Shown here: positions 18,484 to 28,505 of the stretch, piece after piece
Layout: each line of letters opens with the position of its first letter
Numbering within the stretch: the first letter of the stretch is position 1
Origin: Sedimentisphaerales bacterium
GTDB lineage: Bacteria; Planctomycetota; Phycisphaerae; Sedimentisphaerales; SM23-30
Assembly (NCBI GenBank): GCA_963663805.2
Contig: CAXXMR010000012.1
Span: 448,001 to 512,000, forward strand
DNA length: 64,000 nt
Reading direction: 5' to 3'
Made by a program: the position numbers and the translations under genes
The notes under the pieces: generated by a model
What the model was told of the DNA's origin: nothing
What the model saw: the letters and a program-made list of their open reading frames with translations, nothing else
Databases searched by the model: none

Positions 18484-20562
18484 TTATTGCGGTCCGTTAT
18501 AACGAAAGATTAGCAGCGGGGAATCCTTAATCAAAATGGGTTTATAGTTTTTCGACCACGAATTTTCTCAGAGGGAGCATGGCTTCATGGCGTTTTCTTT
18601 CATTTTGGGCAAGCTCTTTCACGAGGTCAGCGGCGACTGCGCCGCCGGGGCGTTTTTCGTGAGTGAGCACCATTTTGGTGTATTGTTCGACCTGATTGAG
18701 CATAAGCTCGTTGACCTGCCCCAACATATCTGCGGGTATCGGTTTGCCGAAATCAGGCTGACCCGGTTTCAGGTCGAGCTGGGGCGGACTGCCGGCAAAT
18801 AGTCTGGGCCATAAGTCAAAGCGCGGATGGGAAGGAAAAAACGGGGTGGCGTAGGGGAAGTGGTCTTTCTGGGCATCAACGATAAATTTGGGTGGGTTGG
18901 CGGCTAATTGTTCTACCAGCCCCTTCACCTTGCCTTCCACAACAGCGGGTGCGTCGGTGTGCATATTGCTGTATGAGGGATGAAAGGTGGGACTGGTTTG
19001 TTTCGCAGCGATATAGATTCCGGGATACCAACCCCAGACGTAAAGACCGTCGCCGGGCTGGGATTGGGTTTTGATATATTCGCCAATTTTTTCCCAGGGA
19101 TAACCACCGGCCTGTTGGGCTGCTTTAATCTGGTCGAGGCGAGCGGCAAACTGCTCCCCAACCGGACCGGTACCGGGCAGGGGAATAATACCTGTCCACC
19201 ACAGTGCCAGGAATACACAGCAGAAATATAATAGTCCGCGTCGAATCGATGCTTTAGACGGTTTGCGTAACCAGAAGTAAAGGGCGGCCGCCAAGGCCAT
19301 AGCGATAATCTGCCACCATAAACCCGCCGGTATCGAACCTGAAGTTGCCAGTGTTAATATTAAAGCTGTTGCCGGCCAGACGATAATAACGATGAGCGGA
19401 GTGATGGATGCTGCTCTGAATTGACTGACAATATAAGCGGTAAGCATGGCGGCGGAGGCGTTCAAGGGCAGGTAGTACTGGACGTAACTGCGCGGCGAAA
19501 TCCAGATGAAGGCCATGTCCAGAATCCACCAGATTGCAAACAGGATTACCGCTCTTTCGGCCAGATAATAAGATTCGTTTTCCCGATTTGCGATTCTTTA
19601 ACTTTTTCCCGGTCTGATATATCCACCAGCCCAGGGCACTGAGGGCCAGACCAATGGGCAGGACAAAAGACAGATAATATCCCAATACGCTTTGGATCTG
19701 AGTATCGAAATCGGAGGCCTCACGGCTGGCTTCGACATAACCGCTGGAAACTTTGGCGAGAGCTCTGCCTTTGATAAAACCCAGGCCTGGTATGCGTGCG
19801 ATAAAACTGAACAACTGGTCGTGGCCAGCGAAAAAGATCATCAGAGGTATTAAACCTATTACTGCTCCGGCGAACAAAAGAGCGATATCCTGAGCCATTA
19901 TTTTCCAGGAACGTTGTTTCAACATTGGTTGGAGAATAATAAAAACGGCCATTGCGACTATTACTGAAACACCGGTTTGTTTGAAGAAGTAGGCGTTTAT
20001 CGCGGCGGCACCGGAAACCAGCAGCCACCACCAACCGCCGTCGGCATAGCGCAGCAGCAGAGTACAGGCGGCGATAACCATGCAGGCTATCATGTACTGC
20101 TCTTTGACGTTGCCGAATTTGGCGTAAGGCGGGGCGCTGAGGAAAAACGCCGCCAGAGTAACGGCGACAATTGCGGCGGCCGGTCCGTAGAGTTTACGGC
20201 AAGTATAAAACATCAGGCCCAGAGCAATTAGCTGCATTAACATCTGGATAAACTTGGGGCCGAATTCGCTGTATCCAAAGATCGCGACACCAATGACATT
20301 TACGAGAAGAGTCGCGGGGCGAGCGCTGGGAAAAAACATCTACATCCAGTTTGCCGCCGTTGACAATCTGCTGAGCGGAATAAATGTTCAGGCTGCTGTC
20401 AAACGGGTCGTGAGTGGAGAACTCTATATATTTACCGACCGCGAAGGGTATACCGGCTAGAACAATTACCAGGACTACGGGCAGAAGATTCTGTGGGTTC
20501 CAAAATTTCGCGGAGGATTTTTCAAGGTCGGCGAGCGGTGCTTTTTTTTTTCGACTGGTCAT
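18484..20562 (-). pseudogene. GT-C (ArnT/PMT-like) membrane glycosyltransferase split by three +1 frameshifts (pseudogene or sequencing error)
   Basis: Consecutive ORFs 20562-20194, 20339-19254 and 19516-18542 form one protein (DPFDSS.., KEQY, FFKQT, YVQYYLP, LYVWGW.PGIY, PKFIVD). Start overlaps the GT2 stop. Confidence 0.8.
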
Positions 20563-21566
20563 ACAGAAGAACCTTTTTCGGTATCATTCATATCGTTTTT
20601 GTTGGTTTTTTTGAGCAGGCGGCGAATGATATAGGTGGGTTTGTTTTGGGATTCATGATAGGTTCGGGCGAGCATCTCAGCAAGCAATCCCATCAGAAAA
20701 AACTGTACGCTCGTCATCATCAGCACCGGGGTGAGGACCAGCAGCGGATTGCGATTCATGGCTAGATGGGAGCTATGGATAAATTTCATATACAACACTA
20801 CCCCGCCGGTAACGAATGACGTGAACAAAGTAAGCAGTCCGATAGTACCGAAGACGTGCAGCGGTTTAGTGCTGAAAGTACCGAGAAATTTCACGGTTAG
20901 TAAATCGAGCATGACTTTGGTAGTACGACTAAGGCCATATTTGGTGACACCCCGTTGGCGGGGGCGATGATTAACGACCATTTCGGTTACGCGTGCGCCC
21001 GACCAGCTCGCCAGAGCCGGGATAAAACGGTGCATCTCGCCATAAAGCCGGGTGTGGCTGACAACCTCACGGTTGTAAGCCTTGAGTGAACAGCCGTAAT
21101 CGTGCAGCTTTACTCCGGTGATGCGGGCAATGAGGGCGTTGGCTACCCAGGAGGGAATTTTGCGAGTGATTAGACAGTCCTTGCGGTCTTTACGCCAGCC
21201 GCTGACGACATCATAGCCTTCGCGGATTTTGGCAACCAAGGCGGGAACGTCAGCGGGGTCGTTCTGTAAATCGCCGTCGAGCGGTACGATTATTTCTCCC
21301 TGGGCGTGGTCAAAGCCGGCGGCCATCGCTGCGGTCTGGCCGAAATTTCTTCGTAGCCCGATAACTGTCAGATATTGATAATCCGCTCGCAATTGTTCGA
21401 GCAAATCAAAAGTTCCGTCGGTGCTGCCGTCGTCAACAGCAATCAGTTCAAAGTTCAGGTCGCCGCCGTTGAGAACCCGATCAATTTCACTGACAAGCTC
21501 GACGACATTGTCCCGCTCGTTGAAAAGAGGCACCACAATGGAAATATCAATCTTTGTCTGAGCCAC
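20559..21566 (-). CDS. Family 2 glycosyltransferase, ArnC/DPM-like (polyprenyl-phosphate sugar synthase)
   Basis: SIVVPLFNE, VDDGSTD, RNFGQTAA, DGDLQNDP, GEMHRFIP, two C-terminal TMs; GTG start after SD GGAG. Confidence 0.95.
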   Translation of the reverse strand: MAQTKIDISIVVPLFNERDNVVELVSEIDRVLNGGDLNFELIAVDDGSTDGTFDLLEQLRADYQYLTVIGLRRNFGQTAAMAAGFDHAQGEIIVPLDGDLQNDPADVPALVAKIREGYDVVSGWRKDRKDCLITRKIPSWVANALIARITGVKLHDYGCSLKAYNREVVSHTRLYGEMHRFIPALASWSGARVTEMVVNHRPRQRGVTKYGLSRTTKVMLDLLTVKFLGTFSTKPLHVFGTIGLLTLFTSFVTGGVVLYMKFIHSSHLAMNRNPLLVLTPVLMMTSVQFFLMGLLAEMLARTYHESQNKPTYIIRRLLKKTNKNDMNDTEKGSSV

Positions 21567-21655
21567 CGGGCTATCTCCAGTCACAGCAATTATGGTCAGC
21601 AAGCTATTGTCTTATTGACAGTTATCGGCTGACAGACCTGAGCTGTACAGCATAA

Positions 21656-21684
21656 ATTATAATGCCGCGGCCTGGGCGGGTCAA
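21656..21684 (-). promoter_or_regulatory. Near-consensus sigma70 promoter of the GT2/GT-C operon
   Basis: TTGACC (21684-21679), 17 bp spacer, TATAAT (21661-21656). Confidence 0.7.
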
Positions 21685-21870
21685 CAGGCGTGTTTGGTCC
21701 CATAATCGACCACGAACGATTATTCAGGAAAACAGCGGAAAATGGCCGAAATAATAGGCATGGCAGAATCAAAAACATCCTATCAGAATATGGGCCCGGG
21801 CAGCAGAATTACCACGGGTATAACCGATGACGACCTTCAGTGGGCGAGCATCCTGCTTGGTATGGAAAAC

Positions 21871-21913
21871 CGACCACTACCAAAACCTGGCCATCAGGTA
21901 ATCGTAGTGGTCG
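21871..21913. terminator. Hairpin downstream of the DUF2961 gene
   Basis: CGACCACTAC ... GTAGTGGTCG 10-bp perfect stem enclosing an inner ACCTG/CAGGT stem. Confidence 0.45.
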
Positions 21914-21967
21914 ATGATTAGCGTCTTGCCGGGGGCTTGACGATATTTCAACTCAAACAGATAAGCG

Positions 21968-23104
21968 TCAGGATTTTTTCTGCGCCCATTTCTTCTTCAT
22001 TGCCAACATCTCACGGTTGGGTTTGACAACCCGGTTGGTGGTCTGATTACGTTTGTCGTAGAGCCAGCTGCCCTGGTTGTCACGCAGAACGGGCATACGT
22101 TTGGCAACCGGAGGCACCTTGGCAACACGTGAGGGTTTTTCGGAGTACCAGTAGGCGGTACTGCTCATCTCATTGCAGAGGTGGTTGGCGTGACCGTGCT
22201 CGATGGTGACTTTGATTTCCTTTTGAAATCGAACGGGATTTTCCAGATGGAAAACATAGCTGGTCTGATAACCTTTCGTATTACCTTCAAATAACGAAGA
22301 ACCGTTACGCCCCTGAGCGTTGGGCTGCATACACCAGGCCTGGTTAAGATAATCTTCCGAGCCGGTACCGTGAATGTCCGGGGGCCATTTGTAGCCATCG
22401 ACCCATATCATATCATCACCTTCGCCCCACCAGTCACCGTCGAAATTAGTGACACTTAAATTGCAGCCGATATAATGACCGCGGCCTTTGGTCTCCATAA
22501 TAACGTAGTTGTTTTCCCAGGCTTCCTTTTCCTTGTTGACCACATTTGATTCAGGGCTGTTGACCTGGATTTCCGGTCCCCAGCCGCCAAAAGGATTTTC
22601 CCGGTGGAACTCGGCGTGGAAGTAGCCGACTTCTTCAGGGGCTTCATCATAAGTTTCATAATCAACGTAGAAATACTGAAGGTGCCTTTCCTTGCTATCG
22701 TTAATAAGCTCTACTACCGCGCGTTCCTTGAAGGGCATGGGGACGTAGCAGTTGAGGGCACAGCCATTGTTGAAAGTGTTCTCCCGTTCGTGCTTGGTCG
22801 AAGCGGTGAACAGGAATGACTCGAATGAATTCACCATTCCGTGGCCCAGACAAAAGAAATCACCCAAAGGCACAAGCACGCTGGGATATTTGGCATTGTC
22901 CCAGGTGAAACGCAGCAGACATTCGCGGTAATGCTCAGCCTGAGTCATCCAGATATGAGTTATACAGCCGGGCCCGGTGATGTCGGCAAGAACTCTGGTT
23001 TCACCCGGCTCAATGAACCAGAAGTCATCGTTGCGACCGGTGACATCCCAGGACGAACAACGCCCGGTCCGGGCAGAACTGATACGCGCGAGATTCTCAA
23101 ACAT
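21968..23104 (-). CDS. DUF2961 / GH172-family protein
   Basis: SSWD.TG.N.D, GPGCITHIWMT, VPLGDFF, WWGEGDDMI..DG, GTGSEDY, IEHGHAN, SSTAYWY. Confidence 0.92.
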   Translation of the reverse strand: MFENLARISSARTGRCSSWDVTGRNDDFWFIEPGETRVLADITGPGCITHIWMTQAEHYRECLLRFTWDNAKYPSVLVPLGDFFCLGHGMVNSFESFLFTASTKHERENTFNNGCALNCYVPMPFKERAVVELINDSKERHLQYFYVDYETYDEAPEEVGYFHAEFHRENPFGGWGPEIQVNSPESNVVNKEKEAWENNYVIMETKGRGHYIGCNLSVTNFDGDWWGEGDDMIWVDGYKWPPDIHGTGSEDYLNQAWCMQPNAQGRNGSSLFEGNTKGYQTSYVFHLENPVRFQKEIKVTIEHGHANHLCNEMSSTAYWYSEKPSRVAKVPPVAKRMPVLRDNQGSWLYDKRNQTTNRVVKPNREMLAMKKKWAQKKS

Positions 23105-23218
23105 GTTTCAAACTCCTGTAACAAGCTTAATCTCTTGTAATTGAAAACCAAAAAACTACAGGCATTATTTTAGATAAGAATATCGCTTCGAGCAAGTAAA
23201 TTCCAAGATATGATTTTG

Positions 23219-25729
23219 TCAATCATCCAGTTTGGGATAATGGCGCATTTCGTCAATAACGGCACTGATTGCCGAGAAAATCGCAAAGACAAAAAATCCC
23301 CAGAGAAGTGATTTGGCTGAGCCGGTTTGCATTAGATTATATATACCGTAGATTAAACCACTTAATACACCGGTTAGCGCAGCAGAGGCAATGCGTCTGC
23401 CCAGGGTCATACCTCCGGCGAAGCGGGTCACCAGAGCACCGCTAATCAGCGGGACAAATAAAGACAGATACCACATATCTTTCAATGACGGCAGGCCACC
23501 TTCATTATTTTTGAGCAGATTGGCCGCCAGCACAAAAACGCCCGCGGAAAGCAGGGAAAGCAGTACAACTTGTGAACATCTCGACGGTATATTGGCGCGC
23601 TTTACCGCTCTGGCTTCCAACCGCTTACGCAAGGTAAGGGGATAGTTATAGAACGCCCCAAACACTCCATGCTCCAGCAAGGCACCTTTCTCGCCAAAGA
23701 CTGGGACAATATGCACGGCTTCGGTGGCCCAGTGCCCCGCCATGAAACGAGCCAGCACCGGATAGCGATAGGCCATCTGAATAGGAAAAGCCAGATAGCC
23801 TACGTATTTAAAAAAGCCCAGAAATACCGCGATATTATAATCTTTAAAATTCCGCTCCTTGATAACCATATAAAGCACATAAAAACCGCGACACAACGAA
23901 CCGGGAGAAATAGGAGTTACCTGGAAACCAGCTAAAATAAGCAGCATCTCACCCCAGGCATCACCCCAGCTTAAATTGTTAGCAACCTTATACCATATTG
24001 CCACAAACACCGAAACAACCTGAGTAACCGGCAGGGTACACACATGAACAGCCAGACTCTTGAGATATTTCTGAATATATGGTTCTTTTAGCTGTCCCAG
24101 AATAATATCAGCGTCTTCGTCGGTTATAAGATGATTTTTTTTGCCGGCAGTTACCATATCGCGCAGCCATTGTTCACGCAGGTCGGCATCGAAATATAAT
24201 TTAGCAGGCCGCACGAAAATATAATGCAGTTTTTCGCGAGCAAACTTACCATCAGTAAACATGCGATGCAAACCGACAGGCAAAAATGAAATCAGCAGAT
24301 GCCCCAGAAAATGCTTAGGCTTTCCCAACAGCTTTCGGGCGCGTTCTTCGGTCACCCGACCGGCACGATGCCAGACAATCAGCTTTTCGGCGATACGCCC
24401 CCGGATAGCCTGCTTGAAATAATCAAGGTTCAAAAGCAAACTGCCGTAATGCCTGCGCCAATCGGCCCGCCCCCATACTTTACGCAAAAACGTACCCAGC
24501 AGCGGAATAAGACCCAGCACAAAAAACATTAATGTCTTGAGTTTTGAGCCGCGAAGTTTCTTTTCGTTTTCGTCATCGATAATGTTGCGTACACGCCAAC
24601 CGGTCACGGCTGAATCAAAAATCGTCCCCCACAATTTCCCACTATATAAAAGCCGAACATGATTATGCGTCACATCCGGCAGGGAGTTGCGATAAATATC
24701 CTCGACCGTCTCAAGTTCATCAATTGCCCCATCTAAATCCGCAAATTGTTCGCGGTGTTCAGCTACAAACTTACGCAGCTTATCTAGATCGCCCCGGTCG
24801 AACTGCACCAGCGAACCACGGGCAAGACCTTTGCCAATCAACTTGAAGTCGCCCGGACTCATGGGCAAAAATGGCAGCAGTGCCAGACCCGCTCGAAAAT
24901 CTACCGCAATTAGTCCTTTGTCAGGCTGATTATCAAACTCATTAAGTTTGAGACAGTTAGGCTGACTTTTACAGGTACTCCATTCATATTGACGAGCAAA
25001 TTCATGGGCACCCATATCGTGCAGCAGCTTGACAAAATCTATCATGAAGGTTCGCTTGGCGCGATACTCCGGCGAGCCCAGCTTTGATTCATCTACTGCC
25101 CGGCCCTTCTGCCATTTTTTCAACAGGTCCAGCCGGTCATCCACTTCCAGTCGCCAGGTTCGGCCATCCACCCAGTCGCTCAGCTCACCGCAACTGCCCA
25201 GCGTGCCATCAACAAACGTAGAGAGTATATCATTTACCGCGGCGGTATCTCCGAAACGTATCTGAGCCCCCCGCCGAATAAACTTCTGCCAGAGCGCCCC
25301 GGCCCGAGCAGCGGCGGGATTGGTCTGCAACTGGAACGGGCCTTGAAAACCAATGGCATAAACCAGATTGCGGAACACTACCGAACCACCCGAAGGCGGA
25401 ATAAGAATTTTCATGGCGAACAGTTTATCGACTGTCAGCGAGGCCACTTCGCCATCGGCCCAGTCAATTTCCAAAATCCTTACCTGATAAACTTGGCCAG
25501 CGAACCCCCCACCGACAAATTTCTCGATACGCAGTTTCACCTGCCCTTTATGAGCGGGGTATACGCCGGTGATTTCATAGCTGAGTTCATCGCCGGGGTC
25601 ATAGCGGTCTAGCCGCAAGGGGCGATGCAACTTCGACGCTTCAAACTGAGCCTGAAGCTCCTTACAAGTTTCCACTGAATATTCTATAGCCATGCAACCT
25701 TCCGCAGCTAGTTGGTTTTCGTTTGCCAT
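23219..25729 (-). CDS. Uncharacterised 836-aa membrane protein with an N-terminal protein-kinase-like domain
   Basis: Long ORF with normal codon usage; GGGFAGQVY, FAMKIL, LLHDMG..KSQPN, AVDFRAG; multiple C-terminal TM helices. Confidence 0.85.
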   Translation of the reverse strand: MANENQLAAEGCMAIEYSVETCKELQAQFEASKLHRPLRLDRYDPGDELSYEITGVYPAHKGQVKLRIEKFVGGGFAGQVYQVRILEIDWADGEVASLTVDKLFAMKILIPPSGGSVVFRNLVYAIGFQGPFQLQTNPAAARAGALWQKFIRRGAQIRFGDTAAVNDILSTFVDGTLGSCGELSDWVDGRTWRLEVDDRLDLLKKWQKGRAVDESKLGSPEYRAKRTFMIDFVKLLHDMGAHEFARQYEWSTCKSQPNCLKLNEFDNQPDKGLIAVDFRAGLALLPFLPMSPGDFKLIGKGLARGSLVQFDRGDLDKLRKFVAEHREQFADLDGAIDELETVEDIYRNSLPDVTHNHVRLLYSGKLWGTIFDSAVTGWRVRNIIDDENEKKLRGSKLKTLMFFVLGLIPLLGTFLRKVWGRADWRRHYGSLLLNLDYFKQAIRGRIAEKLIVWHRAGRVTEERARKLLGKPKHFLGHLLISFLPVGLHRMFTDGKFAREKLHYIFVRPAKLYFDADLREQWLRDMVTAGKKNHLITDEDADIILGQLKEPYIQKYLKSLAVHVCTLPVTQVVSVFVAIWYKVANNLSWGDAWGEMLLILAGFQVTPISPGSLCRGFYVLYMVIKERNFKDYNIAVFLGFFKYVGYLAFPIQMAYRYPVLARFMAGHWATEAVHIVPVFGEKGALLEHGVFGAFYNYPLTLRKRLEARAVKRANIPSRCSQVVLLSLLSAGVFVLAANLLKNNEGGLPSLKDMWYLSLFVPLISGALVTRFAGGMTLGRRIASAALTGVLSGLIYGIYNLMQTGSAKSLLWGFFVFAIFSAISAVIDEMRHYPKLDD

Positions 25730-25882
25730 CGGTCCTCAAAGCCAGACCAGTAATTACTTTATCGGCATTTAAGAGATGGTACTCCGAAGGAAAGTCCGCC
25801 TTTTTGAGTCCCATAATATCACCCATTTGGCACAGTTGAACATGAGAAGTTGGTTAAAATATTGATATCGCGAGTCCGATAA

Positions 25883-26362
25883 CTAGCCCGCTATTGCCAA
25901 TCGATAAATGAATTGCAGTACTATCGCGGCGTAAACGCCAGCGGCAGCATCGTCGAGCAGCACCCCCCAGGTGCTTTTGAGCCGGTCGAAATAGCAGGCG
26001 GGCCAGGGTTTGAAGATATCGAAAATCCGAAACAAGATAAATCCTGCCGCGGCGATAATCAAAGCCTGTTTTGTCCCGCTCAACATTCCCAGACCGAGAT
26101 AGGTTATCGCCTGCCCGCACAGTTCGTCGCTGACAATCAGGCCGGGGTCGTCGCCATGTTTAGCGATAGCTTCCCTGCCGAAAGTCACCGTCACGACCGC
26201 TCCGTAAATCGCCAGCACAAGCATCAGCAGATTCATCGCCAAAGGTCCGGCTCCGGCATACCAGGCGAGCATAAACACTGCCGTCGTCACTGCCGAACCA
26301 CAAGTGCCCGGTACGAAAGGCGAAAGCCCCGCCCCAAAAACTGAAACCATCCAGCGATACAT
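25883..26362 (-). CDS. pgpA: Phosphatidylglycerophosphatase A
   Basis: PFVPGTCGS, DPGLIVSDELCG, FILFRIFDIFKPWP, GVLLDDAAAG. Confidence 0.95.
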   Translation of the reverse strand: MYRWMVSVFGAGLSPFVPGTCGSAVTTAVFMLAWYAGAGPLAMNLLMLVLAIYGAVVTVTFGREAIAKHGDDPGLIVSDELCGQAITYLGLGMLSGTKQALIIAAAGFILFRIFDIFKPWPACYFDRLKSTWGVLLDDAAAGVYAAIVLQFIYRLAIAG

Positions 26363-26365
26363 TCA

Positions 26366-28354
26366 TTACTCCGTGAGAGGCTCTTCGATTTCTTCGGTCT
26401 GGTCGGCGTCCATATCGGGGTATTCCTCGTCAGATATTTCTTCCTCGTCGAACCTGACGATTACCGAATCTTCCTGATTCAGTTTTTCTAAATCGGATTT
26501 AGGCGATTTGACCTTTTTGGTTTTCTTGCTGCGAGCGTCGTCCAGAACCAGTTCCAGATTCGCCAACAACTTCTCAACCTGCGAGTCTTTAAGATTCAAT
26601 ATGTCCTTGAGGGCTTCACCAATGGGCGGCAGATATTTTTCTATATAGCTGCGTTTCATGGCTTCTTCTCTTTCGCGTTTTCTGCCGCGCAGATAACGAC
26701 CCAGCCGACGTCCGCAAACTGAAAGTGCCAGCTTGATTTCTTTGATAATTTCCGGATAATGGGCGACCGCTTCTTTACTCTCACTGGTAAAGGGCACCCA
26801 TACCGAAGCGATATGCACAATAACCGTTACTGGTCCGGCCGGCAGCGCCCCGCGACTCTGGGACAGACCATATTGCCGCCAATTAGTTTGCATTATTGAT
26901 TTGGAAACCGCACAAGCTCCCTGCTGATATAACAGCGGCACGCGATTGGCAAAACGAAGGACACGCATAAGCTCATTGGTATCGTCGTCGTCGTCTTTTT
27001 TCTTGCTGTCGCCGGTGGGGTCGTAACCATGTCCGCCGTAAGACAACGCTACTTCAACCTGAAATGGATTTCCGCGATAAACGCTCGGCGGTCGGGTGCA
27101 AACTGTGTAAAAGTCGGCTTCAACCACACCGGCCAGCCCCTTAAGAAGCTCTTCCTCGCCAATGGGCACCACACAATTTGTGCTCGGTGCCATTATTTTC
27201 GTCTGGTTAATAGCATTATGCAGCTTCTCAGCCTCACTATGGCTGAGAGTATGCGGATTCTTCCGGGAAGATATTTTCGCCTTATCGAGTATCTGCTGAC
27301 TGATGCGCGGACTGACTCGCGAGAATTCATCGCACAGGAAAGAAGCCATTGTTTTGGCCTCGGTGTCCCTGGCCATCTTAATCAAAATGCCCAGCTCCAC
27401 TCCATAAGGGTGCGGCTTGACGGCTTGGGGCACCTCCACGACATCATGCACCGAACGTTCAAATATTCTGACTTCGCCGTCCGGTTTGATAAAACGTATC
27501 TGGGTGTGAGGGTTTGTTATCGCCGTCTGGGACAAATATTCATCGACGCTCTGACGACCGCGCTGGTAGCGGGCTTCCATCTCGATTTCTACTCGCGTCC
27601 CGCTTTTCACATCCCAGTCGTCGATGACATGGTCCTGAATGATTTCGGGGCGATTCTTTTTAGTATCGATTTGCAGTTCGTAATGATGAGCCTGGGACCG
27701 CGGCCCGGTACGACTGTTGATCTTGACACTCTTGCCGGTGGTGAGCAGGCCATACATACCAGCAGCGGAAATACCGATACCCTGCTGGCCCCGCGCCATG
27801 CGCAAAGAATGAAATTTACTGCCGTAAAGCAAACGGCCAAAAATATTCGGTATCTGATTCTTGACAATACCAGGGCCGTTATCCTGAACCCATACGACAA
27901 AACGCTCATCGGCTGTCTGGCGGATACCAACTTCGATGTCGGGCAGAATGTTAGCTTCCTCACAAGCATCGAGCGAATTATCCACTGCTTCTTTGACAGT
28001 GGTCAGCAGGGCCTTGCTGGGATTATCGAAACCCAGCAGGTGGCGGTTCTTAGCGAAAAACTCACTAACGCTGATTTCACGCTGATTGCCTGCCATCGCC
28101 TGGGCCTTGGCCTCAATCTGCTCATCCCTTATATGCGCCACGGTTTTTCTTTTATGAGGGGCAGATTTTTCCTCCGGGCCGGATATATCCACAGTCTTTT
28201 TTTTGACCTTTTTAGGTTTATCCACAGCCTCGGTTTTTGCCGCTGATTTCTTGCTCGTTTTGCGAGCTTTAGTACTGGTCGATTGCTCCTGAGCATTATC
28301 CTCAAAAGCAAAACCAAGTTGCCCCTGACCGCTCAAACTTTTCTTCTTTGCCAT
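26366..28354 (-). CDS. top6B: DNA topoisomerase VI subunit B
   Basis: SVSEFFAKNRHLLGF, KEAVDNSLDACEE, DNGPGI, LLYGSKF, RGQQGIGIS (GHKL), RFANRVPLLY, VPFTSESKE transducer. Confidence 0.96.
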   Translation of the reverse strand: MAKKKSLSGQGQLGFAFEDNAQEQSTSTKARKTSKKSAAKTEAVDKPKKVKKKTVDISGPEEKSAPHKRKTVAHIRDEQIEAKAQAMAGNQREISVSEFFAKNRHLLGFDNPSKALLTTVKEAVDNSLDACEEANILPDIEVGIRQTADERFVVWVQDNGPGIVKNQIPNIFGRLLYGSKFHSLRMARGQQGIGISAAGMYGLLTTGKSVKINSRTGPRSQAHHYELQIDTKKNRPEIIQDHVIDDWDVKSGTRVEIEMEARYQRGRQSVDEYLSQTAITNPHTQIRFIKPDGEVRIFERSVHDVVEVPQAVKPHPYGVELGILIKMARDTEAKTMASFLCDEFSRVSPRISQQILDKAKISSRKNPHTLSHSEAEKLHNAINQTKIMAPSTNCVVPIGEEELLKGLAGVVEADFYTVCTRPPSVYRGNPFQVEVALSYGGHGYDPTGDSKKKDDDDDTNELMRVLRFANRVPLLYQQGACAVSKSIMQTNWRQYGLSQSRGALPAGPVTVIVHIASVWVPFTSESKEAVAHYPEIIKEIKLALSVCGRRLGRYLRGRKREREEAMKRSYIEKYLPPIGEALKDILNLKDSQVEKLLANLELVLDDARSKKTKKVKSPKSDLEKLNQEDSVIVRFDEEEISDEEYPDMDADQTEEIEEPLTE

Positions 28355-28505
28355 CCTAGCTTGTAACTCCTGTCACTACAATCATTAATGCTCAGGTCTC
28401 ATAGTGTATCGAGCCGGAGGCATTCTCTCAAGCAAAAAAACTCGTGTTTAACCTTGCTCACGGGGTTGCTTGCGGCTAAGTTCGCCGACCAGTAAGGAAA
28501 TTTAG

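Noticed and set aside
28218..28226. Perfect DnaA box TTATCCACA (plus a 1-mismatch copy near 28184)
   Set aside because: Inside the top6B coding region, with no box cluster or unwinding element; not evidence for oriC.
27029..28246. 405-aa ORF antisense to top6B
   Set aside because: Shadow ORF of a clearly conserved gene; no recognisable motifs.
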